Part shown: in pieces, positions 24,677-38,445 of the stretch
Layout: each line of letters begins with the position of its first letter
How positions within the stretch are numbered: the first letter of the stretch is position 1
NCBI GenBank assembly: GCA_020184695.1
Contig: JAANOX010000253.1
Coordinates: forward strand, 372,001-436,000
Direction of reading: 5' to 3'
DNA length: 64,000 bases
Source: Histomonas meleagridis 2922-C6/04-290x
Taxonomy: Eukaryota; Protista; Parabasalia
The notes under the pieces: generated by a model
The model's database searches: none
Seen by the model: only the letters and a program-made list of their open reading frames with translations
Told to the model about the DNA's origin: nothing
Program-made: the position numbers and the translations under genes

Positions 24677-25192
24677 TAATATTTAATTTAAAAAACTTCA
24701 ATAAAAAAATCTTCATTTTTTTAATTACCACTTTTTGAATGAAATGAGGTTCGGAATTAAAAGCTATTAACGCGAAATTCTCTGTATGAATTTTGGATTA
24801 TTATTCAATAATTGAATTTACATCATTTTTCGGAGAATTTTATATATTTTTTTCAAGATTCTAATATATTTGATTTAAAGATTTTCCTAATATATATTTA
24901 CTATCATCTATAAACCTGAGAAATGTGGCTAATATTAGAAAAAAAAAATATTTATTCTATATGCATTACCTTGAAAAAATTTCATTTTTAATCTCTTTAA
25001 TAATATTTTATTAAATATTCCAACCCATATCAAGTTCATTAATCATATATATTTATAAATTTCTTTGATTTTTAATAATTGATATTTTTTTTCTTTACAT
25101 CAAATTTATGTATATAATTAATGAAACTAAAGTGCATATATAATACTAAGGTTTACCATGTTATAGGATTCATTCATAACAATTTTTTTGTA

Positions 25193-25358
25193 AAATTAAA
25201 TTTTCAAAATTTCGAAATTTACAACAAAAAATTTAAATAAAACAAAATTCAAATAATACAGCAAGATGTGTTATCAAATAAAGATAAAATGTAGAGATAA
25301 TTGAAAAATTAAATTTCCAAAATTTCGAAATTTACAACAAAAAATTTGAATAAAACAC
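25193..25358 (+). repeat. Two ~52-bp direct repeats downstream of the Merlin transposase
   Basis: aaattaaatttycaaaatttcgaaatttacaacaaaaaatttraataaaaca at 25193 and 25307. Confidence 0.85.
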
Positions 25359-25395
25359 TATTTTCATTTCTTACCTATTTTCGAAAAATAAAAAA

Positions 25396-26395
25396 TTAAT
25401 CATGGCAATCAAAGAAATTGATTTTTATATATTCCAATTCTTCATCTTCTATTTCATCGCAATCCATCACTTTTGTAAACTTTGTGTCTGCAATTAATTG
25501 AACTGCTGCTCTAAACATTTGATTTTGATTGTGAATTACATTCCATCTCCACATGAATTCTGATATATGTTCATTGACTTTGTTTTCTGGGATTTCTTCA
25601 TATTTTTTATTAATTTTTTTTAGTTCCCTCCAAAGTCTTTCTATCATTTGAGTGTGCGCTTTAGTTTCAGGATCAACAAAATTACATGAATGATTCACAG
25701 TTTCATGCTCGTAATCATTGTCATCATCAAGAAAAACATATGCTTTCCAGCAATCAGAAATTATTTTTTGTTTCAGGTAATATATGATTACGAATCTCTT
25801 CTTCTAATGTTTCTCTTGTTCGATCTGGCACAACAAGACAAAAGAATTGTCTATCTTCAACACAAATTCCAAAAATCCATACTTGATTTAACCCCCGTTC
25901 AACATTATACTTTCTTCGACACATTAAAGTTTCATCTATTTGAACAGTTTTACCTGGACCACCGACAATAAGACCTTCTAAAGATAAAACATATGCATCA
26001 CATGCATTTCGAAATAATGCAAAATAATATGTTACAGTGCTTCTGCTAACTCCTACTTCTCTTGCAGTATCTTTGCATGAATATTTATATGCCCAACAAT
26101 ATAATAAATGAGAAATTTTTGATAGAGGAATTTTTGCTGAATAAAAAATACTTCCATATATAATGCTTTTGGTTTTATGACATTGTGGGCATATCCATTT
26201 ATACCCAAATCCTTTTGAGAAATCTATGTAAATCTGCATATTGAAATTGCATTCTTCACACGTCATTTGATTGTAAATAACACCATTTTGTATTGCAAAT
26301 TGAATTGCTGCGTCTTCGTTAGTAAAAAGCCAATAATAAGCAAGAGTACTGTCAATAAATGGAAATGAAGATTGCTGAGGCTGATTGTAATTCAT
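25396..26395 (-). mobile_element. Merlin / IS1595 (ISXO2-like) DDE transposase, single +1 frameshift near 25765
   Basis: Zn ribbon CEEC...CPQC, VQIDETLMCRRKYN, IISDCWKAY, VNHSCNFVDPETKAHTQMIERLW. Confidence 0.92.
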
Positions 26396-26544
26396 AATAG
26401 AAAATATATATTAAACGCATAATATGTAAAATATTGAATTATATTAATGCATTTGAGTAACATTTATTTATTAGTTCGAGTTAGTAGTAAGTAATGATTA
26501 TAATTAACAAAAATCAATTAATTTATATGTAATTTTGTATAAAC

Positions 26545-27440
26545 AATATACTAATATACTAATATACTAATATACTAATATACTAATATACTAATATACT
26601 AATATACTAATATACTAATATACTAATATACTAATATACTAATATACTAATATACTAATATACTAATATACTAATATACTAATATACTAATATACTAATA
26701 TACTAATATACTAATATACTAATATACTAATATACTAATATACTAATATACTAATATACTAATATACTAATATACTAATATACTAATATACTAATATACT
26801 AATATACTAATATACTAATATACTAATATACTAATATACTAATATACTAATATACTAATATACTAATATACTAATATACTAATATACTAATATACTAATA
26901 TACTAATATACTAATATACTAATATACTAATATACTAATATACTAATATACTAATATACTAATATACTAATATACTAATATACTAATATACTAATATACT
27001 AATATACTAATATACTAATATACTAATATACTAATATACTAATATACTAATATACTAATATACTAATATACTAATATACTAATATACTAATATACTAATA
27101 TACTAATATACTAATATACTAATATACTAATATACTAATATACTAATATACTAATATACTAATATACTAATATACTAATATACTAATATACTAATATACT
27201 AATATACTAATATACTAATATACTAATATACTAATATACTAATATACTAATATACTAATATACTAATATACTAATATACTAATATACTAATATACTAATA
27301 TACTAATATACTAATATACTAATATACTAATATACTAATATACTAATATACTAATATACTAATATACTAATATACTAATATTCTAATATACTAATATACT
27401 AATATACTAATATACTAATATACTAATATACTAATATACT
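26545..27440 (+). repeat. (AATATACT)112 satellite, one variant unit
   Basis: Read directly; 896 bp. Confidence 0.97.
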
Positions 27441-27939
27441 TGTAAAAATATTAAAATAAATTGTTACCTATATTATTCATTAGGTTAAAGTTAGTATAAT
27501 ATTTTATCTATTGGAATAATTAAATAAAATTGAAAGAGTATGGAGAAAAATTCAGAATATGATTTAAATAATGAAATTATATTTATGTGCCACTTTTGGA
27601 GAACTTTAACTAGATTAGTACTAAAGATAAAAATACTTTAATAAGTGACTAGGAATCACGAAGACCATTTCTTTACATAAAAGTATATAGTTAATAAATA
27701 TTTTTTTTATTCATCAACAAAAGGGATTGGGATCAGGTCTTTTTGCACACCCTATTTATACTATAGTAACAAAATATAAATTTATTTTTTTTCTATACCA
27801 AATGAGTATTAGTTTACTTTAATCGTGTTGAATTAGTACATACTGCTTATATAAAAAAATAATATTTTTTATTCACTTAAAGTTATGATATGAGGGGTTT
27901 ATCTTTATTTATTCTTATATAATTCATTTATTTATTGTT

Positions 27940-28485
27940 TATTGCTATTCATAATGTAATTCATATTGTTATTCATATTGTTATTCATATTGTTATTCAT
28001 ATTGTTATTCATTAATTTATTGTTTATTGCTATTCATAATGTTATTCATATTGTTATTCATATTGTTATTCATATTGTTATTCATTAATTTATTGTTTAT
28101 TGTTGTTCATAATGTTATTCATGTTGTTATTCATATTGTTATTTATAATGTAATTTATTAATGATATATTTATAATTCCTTTTTTAAGACAATCAATCTC
28201 CTTTTCGTTCCAAAGAATGGCAACTCTTTTGCCTGACACAATTTCACGCTTTATTGAATTTTGTCATTTTTCTGCAGATTTTCCAGGAAGTTTTACATTC
28301 TGTTCCTTAATTTGATCTTCAGGTTTCTTTTGAATTATTTCATTAGATTCTGTTGTTGAAAAATCATCATCTTCTCTGTTAGCCCATCTATAACCAACTA
28401 TATAAGCATATGCCTCGCATACATCTTTATACTGAACTTTTTTAACCTCTAAGCTTTCGATAAAAGAATAGATGTCTTGCTCCAT
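27940..28485 (-). pseudogene. Degenerate host gene with a Myb/SANT-like fragment and MNNN-coding 12-bp repeats
   Basis: WNEKEIDCLKKGI followed by (ttattcatattg)n, which reads NNNM on the minus strand. Confidence 0.4.
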
Positions 28486-29599
28486 TTTTGGAGAGATTCG
28501 GATATCTTAACCTCCTTCTTACAACATGATTCTATAGTTTATAAAAAGCGTTATTTTAAACGTGCAATTTGGATGAATGAATTTTGAGCTAAAATTCAAG
28601 CAATTATTCATCCAAACTCACAACAAGAATATGAAGAAGCCACCAAACTTTAGTTTTTTGTAGAGAACAAAATTTACAATTTTTTCTTGAATTGATTTTT
28701 TTCATCATGAATCAATTCAAATAGACATGTTACTTTCAATTCTGGCCTGCCAATCAATTAGTTAGAATAAGGTAAAAATATCAAAACCGCTTTCTGCTGC
28801 TGTACCTTTTAAAAAAGAAAGAGTGCTAAAAAATTTAATTTTTCAAAAAACAAAAGAAAATATCAAAAACATGATACGAGCAGGCTATGAAATGCCTAAA
28901 AATATGAACACTATTTAATAGAAACTATGATAAAGAGAACGTTAATAACGGTTGCCGAAACGATGGATGGTACCTTGGGCTCAAAGCAATTTTAATCAAG
29001 TAAAACACTTTGCAGAAACATTTGTTATTGTTCGTTCTAGGAAACGAAGCAATGGTAAAAGCATTCTCGCCTCAAAGCTGTTGAATTTTTAATTACTCAA
29101 AGCAATCAGGAAAAGGAGTTTCAATCAAAGCATCTGTGACCCGAGCCAAACCTGAAATCTATGCATAATTTCGTAGTCATCAAACATTTCCACATTTAGG
29201 AATTAGATGAGAGTTCCCCAACATTTTTTTTGTGGATAACATTTCACTGATTATTGATTTTGGACATTAACTACGTCTAAATATATATATATATATAGGG
29301 ATTTATGGGAAATATTTATATACACCGAAATGAAAAACATAATATATATATTATTTTACTTTCTAAATAATCTCATGATTTATTCTTTGAGAAGCAATAA
29401 TTTTCATATATCATGTGAACAAGATGAAAAAGGAATAAATTTTGTGTTCACTTCCATCGATAATTCTTGTAGAAGTCTTGGGCAAGCCCACCCATCCCTG
29501 ATTTGCTTGAGCTTATGAGTCTAGATCCATGTGCACTGTTCTTTCGCGAATCTTGATTGATTTCAGAAGGATCAATAAATTTCTTTGTTTTGGTTGTCA

Positions 29600-30010
29600 T
29601 GATATTTTTGTTACTGAACACCTACTTTGTGTTTGGCCAAACATTTGAAAACTAATACATTACTCTTGAATATTTGAGTTTGCATGGATTTAGGTTCCCA
29701 TATCTAGAAAAATTTAAAGACAGAAAAAGGCTTGTTGAACATCTTGTCGAGAAATTTATTGTTGATAATTGTTGTGTATGTTGTTCTTGTCAATACAAGC
29801 AACTTTCTGCCATTTGTGATCACGCAATTTCTTTTGAGGATGAAACAGCATATTATTACTCACTTGGAACTTATGTTTGTGAGTACAACCACTGCATTGA
29901 TGAAAATGATGAAATGCACTTATGTTCGATGAAGGGCATAAAATCTCTGTCTTTATCAACGCTACCGATAATTTACACATTCAAGCAGCCAAAAATAACA
30001 GTTTCTTGCC
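29600..30010 (+). pseudogene. Rei1/ZNF622-like zinc-finger fragment, copy 1
   Basis: LHGFRFPYLEKFKDRKRLVEHLVEKFIVDNCCVCC...DH. Confidence 0.7.
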
Positions 30011-30759
30011 TACAATACTCACAGTTGAATTTTAATATATCATAAAAATCAATGTTACAATTAAGAAAATTGATATGAGTAACATTAAGACATGCAAAAA
30101 ACCTAAATCTAAATGATACTAAATCTCGATTGCATAATGCGCAAATTCTTATGAGTGACAAACAATTTACGAATAAGATGAATGTTATGTTTGAAATATT
30201 ATGTGTCTATTACTACAGAATATACTCATAAATTTATTTTATTTTCATATTATTACAAAACAAAATCATAAAGTAAGTGATAATTAAATTATATGAGTCA
30301 TTCAATCACATCCTTAAAATTATTAACATGTGATGAGAAATGATAATATAAATTTATAAGTTAATGTTCACTAATTTATTTAAATACCGCTAATCAATTC
30401 AACATATTCATAAGACATGAAATTTTTATCATAAAATTTATAATTTCCAACGTTAAATTAATTTTATATTCTTAAAAAGTTCATAAATTGACTGTTTAAC
30501 CAGACGTATTTGCCCTCATAAAATTTAAATAACGTTCAAATTCTATGCAGAAGACCAAACCAACATTTATTATAAAAATATTAATATCTTAATATAAAAT
30601 TAATATAAGATTTATAATTTTTCAAATAATATTTCTCATATTAATTATATCATAAATATTTGTTTTTTTTCAAATATTATTCAAAGGAAATAATAATTTT
30701 AACATTTTTAATGATATATTTTTCAAGTATATTTAAAATATTTGAGTTCACTTGAACAA

Positions 30760-31485
30760 ATGATTCAACAAAATATGAATGTTAATGATGCTACAATATT
30801 AAAAGTACTTGAAGAACATTTAGAAAACAATAATAATAAATTATTTTTCATCTCAGAACTTAGTATAAAATTTAATGTTAGTAAAAGAACAGTGAAAGAT
30901 TTCATCACAGTTTGTGATGGTATTGAAGTATGTCGAAGATGTTCGAATGATATGTTTCAATGGATTGGTATGAATAATATTCAAAATACGATAAAAAAAT
31001 TTAAAGAAGAAATCGAAAAAAATTCACAAAATAATGAAATATTAATGCTTTTTGATTGTAGTTCTAATGGAGGACTTGATAATATTTCAATGCTAGTTAT
31101 TAAATTATTCTTTTATTTAAACAAGAAATGTTTAAATTTACATGAAATTGCGAAATTATTTTCACAAGGGAAAAGTAAATATAAAACGATGCTTCGCAAA
31201 TTATATACAGTTGGCATTGGATTACGAATTTGTGGGATTGTTTCAAAAACCAATCGAACATCGGAAATTCATTTCAATTATTTTAATTATTTTGATTCTA
31301 AAAGAAATAATGGTTTTGATGTATTTCGATTAAACTTTATCTTAAATTCAGAAGAAGATATTCAAAGAGCAAAAGAATTTCGAAGAAGAATTGATATATT
31401 TGAGAATTATGTTACGAATTATAATGAGATTATTAATAGTGGAATAAATTCTCAAATTTATAAGGTTCCTCAATATTCATATTGA
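30760..31485 (+). CDS. Atypical E2F/DP-family protein with two winged-helix domains (intact)
   Basis: KRTVKDFITVCDGIEVC...FQWIG and LRKLYTVGIGLRICGIVSKT resemble E2F RRxYDxxNVL motifs. Confidence 0.75.
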   Translation: MIQQNMNVNDATILKVLEEHLENNNNKLFFISELSIKFNVSKRTVKDFITVCDGIEVCRRCSNDMFQWIGMNNIQNTIKKFKEEIEKNSQNNEILMLFDCSSNGGLDNISMLVIKLFFYLNKKCLNLHEIAKLFSQGKSKYKTMLRKLYTVGIGLRICGIVSKTNRTSEIHFNYFNYFDSKRNNGFDVFRLNFILNSEEDIQRAKEFRRRIDIFENYVTNYNEIINSGINSQIYKVPQYSY

Positions 31486-31643
31486 ATAAAAAATTCTTCT
31501 CTAATTTTTCATTTTTAATGTTTTAGTGTTTGAAATGCATTTTATTTTTATATGTTAAATATATCTTAAACAAAGAAAGTGATAATTACAAGAAAATATA
31601 TTGATATATTGCTACATACAAATGTTTGTTTCACATAACAAAC

Positions 31644-32544
31644 TCAAACTTCAAAGCTTGATTTCTTGAAGTGCCAACTTTCCATCCAATTTTTTGCTTT
31701 TTGATAAAATAAATTTGTTGCTCTAGTACAGGAGTTAACACAAACTGTTTTGTTGTCATTATGATTTATTCCTCTAAATGGATTATGCAAATTGAAAACG
31801 CCTGATAAACTTCGTTTTTTATCCAAAATTTTCATGATAAAACAATTCTGAAATGTTTTTTATGGAAGCATTGTCTCTATTTGATTTTTTATTTCTTTCG
31901 ATCTTTTTCGATACTTAAAGGTTCATTCATCAAATTTTCTAACAATTCCTTAGCAACAAGTCTTATTTCGTCTGTTGTTGATGAGTCTGTGTTAAAGCAA
32001 AAAGTTACGACTTTTAAAGGATCGAAATCTTTGAATGATGAATTTTCTTTCTTTCCATGTAATTGCAAGAATCTTTCATAACCAAATGTGGAAGTTCTTG
32101 TACATATTGAAGGATCTATATCACACGTAAAGACCATCAGCAGTTGGAAAAGCATATCATTATATGAACGAATATGATGTCGTACTTCATCAATTTCTTT
32201 TCCAAAGATTTCATATGCTTTATAACAAAGCTTTATTGAACATGGGAATATATTATGTGGCTCTTTAACAATCTTGTTTGAAAAATTAACGGTTTCCATC
32301 GCTATCGTCACAGGGCACCCCAAATATAACTTTCCGAAAGCTGATAGAGTCGTCCTTCAGAAATTTTATAATCACTTTTTCTAGCATGTGCACTTAAAAT
32401 ATCCAAAAACATTTTTATTAAAACTATTTTGTTTATAGCTGGATTATTTGAATATATTGTTGTTGTTGTTGTTTTAAAGTTGAATATTCTTGGTAATTTA
32501 CAATGTGATTTTTCAATAATTTTCATGAACAAACATACAAACAT
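31644..32544 (-). pseudogene. Fragmented hypothetical host gene (weak RasGAP-like resemblance)
   Basis: Adjacent minus-strand ORFs; NFSNKIV...FPCSIKLC...DPSI. Confidence 0.3.
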
Positions 32545-33235
32545 ATGTAATCATATATAAAATATGAATCAAAATAATATTTATATTATCAGTTTCGTGG
32601 AAAAGTTAAATTTTTTATGGTGGTTATTTAACCGTGATACAGCATTCAAATACTTGACGGTTAATTTCGTTTTGTATATGAAATAATCGTTTGGTCTGAA
32701 GAAAGCATTTTATTAGAATATTTAAACAACTTTTTCTCAAAACTCAGCAGAAAAAACTTAATAAAAATTAAAACACATATGTAAGAATCAAAGGAAAAAA
32801 TAATGGCAATTTTTTTTTATTCATGTTTTAAATTGATGGAATTTTTTTGGTAAAAACATAATTTTGGGTTTGAATGGTTTACAATGTATAATTGTTATGT
32901 TTATCTCCAAAATTGCCAGGCAGTTTTTTAGCTGAAGCAGACCATAGGCGAAAATTCAATAATATAAGCAAAGGAAAAAACAAAATATCTGTGTTATTAT
33001 TATCCAATTGTATATTAATTATGAAATATTTTTATATTTAATTCACTCTGCATTAAATCATCAAAAGTATGAAGAGTACGTTTATTATATTTAATAACTT
33101 TACTTAATTTAATTTTCAATTAATATTTAGTCGGAACCACTCTGTTGGTGGTCTAAAGATATTTCTTTGTTTTATTTCATATTTATTTTAATAATTTAGG
33201 ACATCATGATAATATATGAAATATATTTATCATAT

Positions 33236-33335
33236 TTCAAACAACACTTATTTATGCATCTGAAAATGGTCAAATAGAAATAGTTAAATTACTTATCGAA
33301 CAAAAAGGAATTGATATTAATGCAAAAAATATCAA
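33236..33335 (+). pseudogene. Single ankyrin repeat unit
   Basis: QTTLIYASENGQIEIVKLLIEQKGIDINAKN, flanked on both sides by tttgttttatttcatatttatttt. Confidence 0.75.
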
Positions 33336-33432
33336 TTTGTTTTATTTCATATTTATTTTAATGATTTAAAAATTAACATTTTAAAATGGCTTGAAAGTCA
33401 CAAGTTAGCCTAAATTTTACATAAAATTTAAA

Positions 33433-33780
33433 TTAGAATGTCAACAAAGATATCAATCTAATCGTTTCATTCTGTTTTACGATTGTTTGCCTATTGCATT
33501 CACCAACTCCACCAGCAACAATGAATTCATCAAGCATTACATACACTTTATGGGAGCCAATTAGTAAATCTATTTCATCAACTTTCCCGAAGTATGTGCC
33601 CATGATTTCGACAAAGAGATGGATTATTTCTAGAATAGCAAATTCATTATTGGTTGCATCAACGCACATGCACATGAACAAAACAGCGTATGGACGGTAA
33701 ATGATTTTGTAATTCTTATATAAGAACATTGGTAAGATTGATTTGCTGTTCTTCTTGAAATTAAACGATGGGGTTATGTA
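33433..33780 (-). pseudogene. Adaptor protein (AP) complex sigma subunit, N-terminus degenerate
   Basis: YKIIYRPYAVLFMCMCVD..NNEFAILEIIHLFVEIMGTYFGKVDEIDL...KVYVMLDEFIVAG. Confidence 0.85.
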
Positions 33781-34104
33781 CTTTTCACCAGTTTATGTCT
33801 AAATGAAATATTTTTTTGACTGATATTTTTTGTATGTTCATGCTATTGTAAAATTATTAACTGTTTTTAACACATCATTATTGTATTTATTTTCAAGAAG
33901 TTGGGATTTTTAATGTTATTACAATATCTTTATAAATAATGTTTTATAAGTATAACACTTTAATATTAAAAAGTATAATTTCTCTATTTGTAGGATATAT
34001 CATTTGAACACTAAAGAATATCAAAGATTTAGAATTCTATAACCAAAGTTCATAAAAGCATTGCTCAATATCATTTCGAAGATAAATTACAAATTTAGAA
34101 ACAT

Positions 34105-35500
34105 TTATTTATTTATCCTTCTTCCAGGAGGCGCTAGGTATATCAAGTTATAAGATTTCAAAATTTTAATAGACTTTTCCACTTTTGCTCTTAAATCACT
34201 TTCTTTTCTTTTTAATGCCACAAGTTTCAGTTTATATTCTTTATTTTGTTCATTCATTTCTTTCATTTCATTTGTATTCGTTATTGGCACTTTAATTTTT
34301 AGCAACTGATTAAAAACACAATTTGTGTTTTCTTAATATTTGTTGCAAATTCTTTATTTCAAATGAAATTTGACTTAAATTTTCATCGGAATACATATCA
34401 TTTAATTCATATAATTTTTGTTCGATAATTTCATCTTCAATTTCGAACATTTTAATTTTTTCTTTATTATTTTTCCCGATAATTCTTAAGATATCCAAAG
34501 TTGAACATAATTGTTTAACATTTGGTTTCCCTTCTCTTTGTGCATCTTGAATAATTTTATTCATCATTTTTATGATAACATTTTTATGTCATCAATTTGA
34601 TTTTTGTATTTATTTGATTTCTTCTTTAATTTCATTAATATTTCTCATCAATTCATTAATTTGTTCTTGTTTCTCATTTATTATTTATGCATGACATGTG
34701 TTTCTCTTGAAGCTTTTGTTGTATCTTCTGTTGGTACAACTAATCCAAGTCTTTCATCCATTTCTTTCATTATCAAAATAAGTTTTTCTCCTTTTTCTTG
34801 ATTCGTTTTAAGTAATTCTTGTGCTTTTGGATAATGTGAATCAAGCATTTGCTTTTCTTGTTTAAACATAAAAACAGATTTATTTATATTTCTGAATTTC
34901 AATTTTGAGCATTTGCTCAATTTCTTTCATCTTTTGTTTATTTTTTTCTTATTTTACTTTTTATTTCAACAATTCTTTATTTTTTATTTGTTCGAGATTT
35001 TGCACTCTTTGGTTTATAATTTTATGTGCTTATTTCTGTTTAATTCTTTATTTCTCTATGAAATGTTTCTGCTGCTTTATAGAATGTTCGATTGATGCGC
35101 ACAAAGATTTTAATTTTTCTTCAATTTCATTCATTTCGTCATCTTCTTCTTTTTGAGGAATTTCTTTATTTTCTTCTTCAATTTTTTATTTATTTCCAAA
35201 AGTATTTGCTCTAAAATTAAATTCGTTTCTTGAAGTTTATTAATTATTTCTTTGTTTTCATTTTTCGTTTGGTTCATATCTATCCATAATGTTTTATATA
35301 AATTAATTTCATTTTTTTAATTCTTTAATTTCTTGTTTTATGTTTTCAATATTGTTTTTACAGTCAGAAATTTCTTTAGTGTTTTTTTATTAAAGTTCTG
35401 TTCGATTTTTATTTTTGCATCAATTTATAATTTGATTTTTCATTTCTTCTTCATTTTGTGCTATTTCCATTACTTTTTTTGTTGTAATAATTCATTATAG
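34105..35500 (-). pseudogene. Long coiled-coil host protein, fragmented
   Basis: Series of E/K/Q-rich minus-strand ORFs. Confidence 0.45.
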
Positions 35501-36094
35501 TTATTATCTAGTATAGCATTTGTTGATAAAATTCATTATATTAATAAAAACATATTGTAGAATATAATGAATAAAGTTTGTATTAGGGTTTATTGGCTTA
35601 AAGTTAAATTTAGCCAAGACATTTGTTAATTTTTTTAGATTGATCTGTCTAGTTTTGTATTCAATTATTTTACATAATACGCTTGTTGATAATTTCAAAA
35701 TTGATCTAACATTCATGAAAATTAAAATCGAATTTTTTTTTAAAAGTTAACAAATAAATCGAACCTATATTTCACTAAATTAATATCCATCAATATGTTA
35801 ATAAAAATTTCGATTTTCTACCAATTTTGATACATTCTTCTTGTACGACTTTTTGTTTTCCAAAAATACAAGCTTTTATGAACCACCAGATATATATGAT
35901 CGAACGATATTGTGTCAAATGGAAATTTTTTTAGTTGAACGAAAATGTCCAACAAAAAAATGGAAAATTCAACAGAAAAAACATAAGTTTGAGTCAATAT
36001 AAGTGGACGTCGAAAAAGTAGAATCAATTTCGTTTACATGCAAATTTAACTATATGATTTTGAAAATCTGTTTAATGTTTCTTGTATGATTTTA

Positions 36095-36865
36095 ATGAGC
36101 GGAATCCCTTGTAAAACTTGTCGTATGCGTTTTAATACTATCACTGAAATTTCAAATCATCAACCAAAATTAACTCTTGAAAAATTTTAAGCCAAAAACG
36201 CAGAATAAGCAAAAGAAGGCGCTGAGAAATAAGTTGCTGAATACAAGCATCAAGAAATCATTAAAGTGGAAGAATTGATGGCGAATTAGATGAGTCTCAA
36301 TGTTGTTATTTTGGTTACTAAATGTTTACTTTGTGGCTAAATATTTGAAAAAGAATAGATTACTCTTGAACATTTGAGTTTGCATGGACTTAGTTTCCAA
36401 TATCCAGAAAAACTTAAACATAAAAAGGCTTGTGGAATATCTTGGCGAGAAAGTTGTTGTTAGTAAATGCTGTGTGTGCTGTTCTTGTCAATTCAAGACA
36501 TTTTCTGCCATTCATGATCACGCAATTTCTTTTGATGAAGAATCAGCATATTATTACTCACCAGGAACTGGTGCTTGTGAGTGCAACCACTGCATTGATG
36601 AGAATGATGAAATGCGCTTCGGTTCTATGAAGGACACAAAATCTCTGTCTTTATCATCTTAACCGATAATTTACACATTCAAAAAGCAAATAATTGGTCA
36701 CCAGGTTTGAATAAGTGGCAATTATAAACTGTCCAAATGACATCTTCACAGCGCTGAAAACGACTGTAGCGCTGATGTTGCTGAGTTTCCTTTGCGCGGT
36801 GCAGCTCACTGTGCGCATAAGCATCAGTAAAAACTCTTAAAATTTTGTGTTTGGATTTTTTATTC
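36095..36865 (+). pseudogene. Rei1/ZNF622-like gene, copy 2 (near full length)
   Basis: N-terminal MSGIPCKTCRMRFNTITEISNH, then CLLCG...EH..LHG and EYLGEKVVVSKCCVCC...DH. Confidence 0.75.
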
Positions 36866-36877
36866 AATCAAAGCATT

Positions 36878-37482
36878 TCATTCCTCCTTATCAGGTGGAG
36901 GAACGCGGCCAAGATCATTCAAGATCATGAAGCGGAAGCGGCACTGCGTGTTCAGCTTGTTGCCAATTTTCTTTGAAATTGTCACCCAATCGTTGCCATA
37001 GATATTATGCAACTTGATCAGCTCCTTGTCTTCTTTTAGTGTCCAATTTCTTTGCATCATTAAATTACAAAAACCATTTCCCATCTCTGCCTGCATTGCA
37101 GACCACTTCTTCCGTTTCCTACGAATTGGGCGATCCGGCTCCAATGCCTGCTGAACAAGTGGATGGCGCACAGCAAGCGTGCGTCTTCGATATAGAGCCA
37201 ACTGTTTATATTATTTAGGTTTCTTTGGTGAAATGGTGTGTCTATGAATGGAAGTGGAGGATAGTTTTTGCATATTAAGATATCGTGGAGGCATATGAGA
37301 GCTATGTTGCCCATTAGGAACATGTTGATGTGGTTTACTGCTGCGTTTATGTCTCCCTGTTGCTCTATAATCGCTGTCAAGCTTTGCCTTATTTGCCCTA
37401 TGACATTTGGTGGGTAGATGCCATCGCTAACAATGATCCAGAGACAGAATTCGACGAGGTCGTTGTGGTTCGCATTGATCAT
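36878..37482 (-). pseudogene. Trichomonad-type R2R3 Myb protein, frameshifted near 37070
   Basis: EDARLLCAIHLF...WSRIAQFVGNGRSGLQCRQRW / WTLKEDKEL...YGNDW...QCRFRF; Inr-like tcacttcatt upstream. Confidence 0.85.
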
Positions 37483-37859
37483 GCTTGTTTGACAATGAAG
37501 TGATGATGACCAAGCGGTCAATTTTGTTACAATTTTCTTTAAAGTTAAAAAGTTTATGTTAACCTGTCAAACTGACGGTTGTCCGGATTTTGTATACATT
37601 TTTAACTGTAACATTCATAAACTAATTGTAAAAAATTATCACTTTCCGATCAGTTTTAATAGAATCCGTTCAAAAAATGAAACCGATACTGCCGATAATA
37701 TCGATTTTTTCAATAGTTTATGAAAGTTCTTAAAAAAATTTTGTTCCGTTCAACCCTACAATCATCGATTCCCGTTATTTTTATCCCCAAAATTCATAAT
37801 TTCTCTGAAAAAGTGGCCGTTACTTCACTTCCATAAATGTTCGCCCTTAGAACATGGCC

Positions 37860-38445
37860 GTGCACAAGCCTATGATCATCACTTAGATGGTGGCTTAGTG
37901 CGTGCTAGGAAACAAAGGGTGCATGGATGGTACCATCGGTAAGGGAAGATGGAACTCGTGCTGATTTCATAATATTTTAATATCCATAAGTATGATCAGA
38001 ACACTTTGGTGGTCTTTTGGGGTGGTGAGACCGTACAGTTTGATGAATGCCCAACATCAGAACAAAAATTTGAATTTTGAAATATTTCAAACCAAGATGA
38101 CAATGGAAGAAGAATGTTCAAAGACAAAACACTACATTAACCCACAACGATGAAGGAAATATGGAGATTGGAGATGTGCGCGATTAGATATAAGATAGTG
38201 GAAACTTATTTTGTCACAACATGAAAAAATGGGTTTGTAGCATGTAATAACTTGGTTACTTGGTGTAATTGTAAGGTATCATATCAGTTAGAATATCTCT
38301 AATATCATATGAAATTACGATTGTTATTACAAAATCTGGTTGATTACATGAGTGGAAAAGAGGTGATTGATAACATCATAAAATAGAATATGATTCATAT
38401 TTTTGTTCCTCTTCTTCGGTGATCATAATTTTTAATTCTGGCATG
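37860..38445 (+). pseudogene. Unidentified degenerate gene, duplicated in inverted form at 42025-42600
   Basis: cttagatggtggctt...gaaggaaatatggagattggag...gaatatgattcatatttttgttcctcttct is shared with the reverse complement of 42025-42600. Confidence 0.6.

Noticed and set aside
26545-27440. Tandem arrays (also 6088-6688) as CRISPR arrays
   Set aside because: Pure short-unit satellites with no unique spacers and no cas genes; eukaryotic context.
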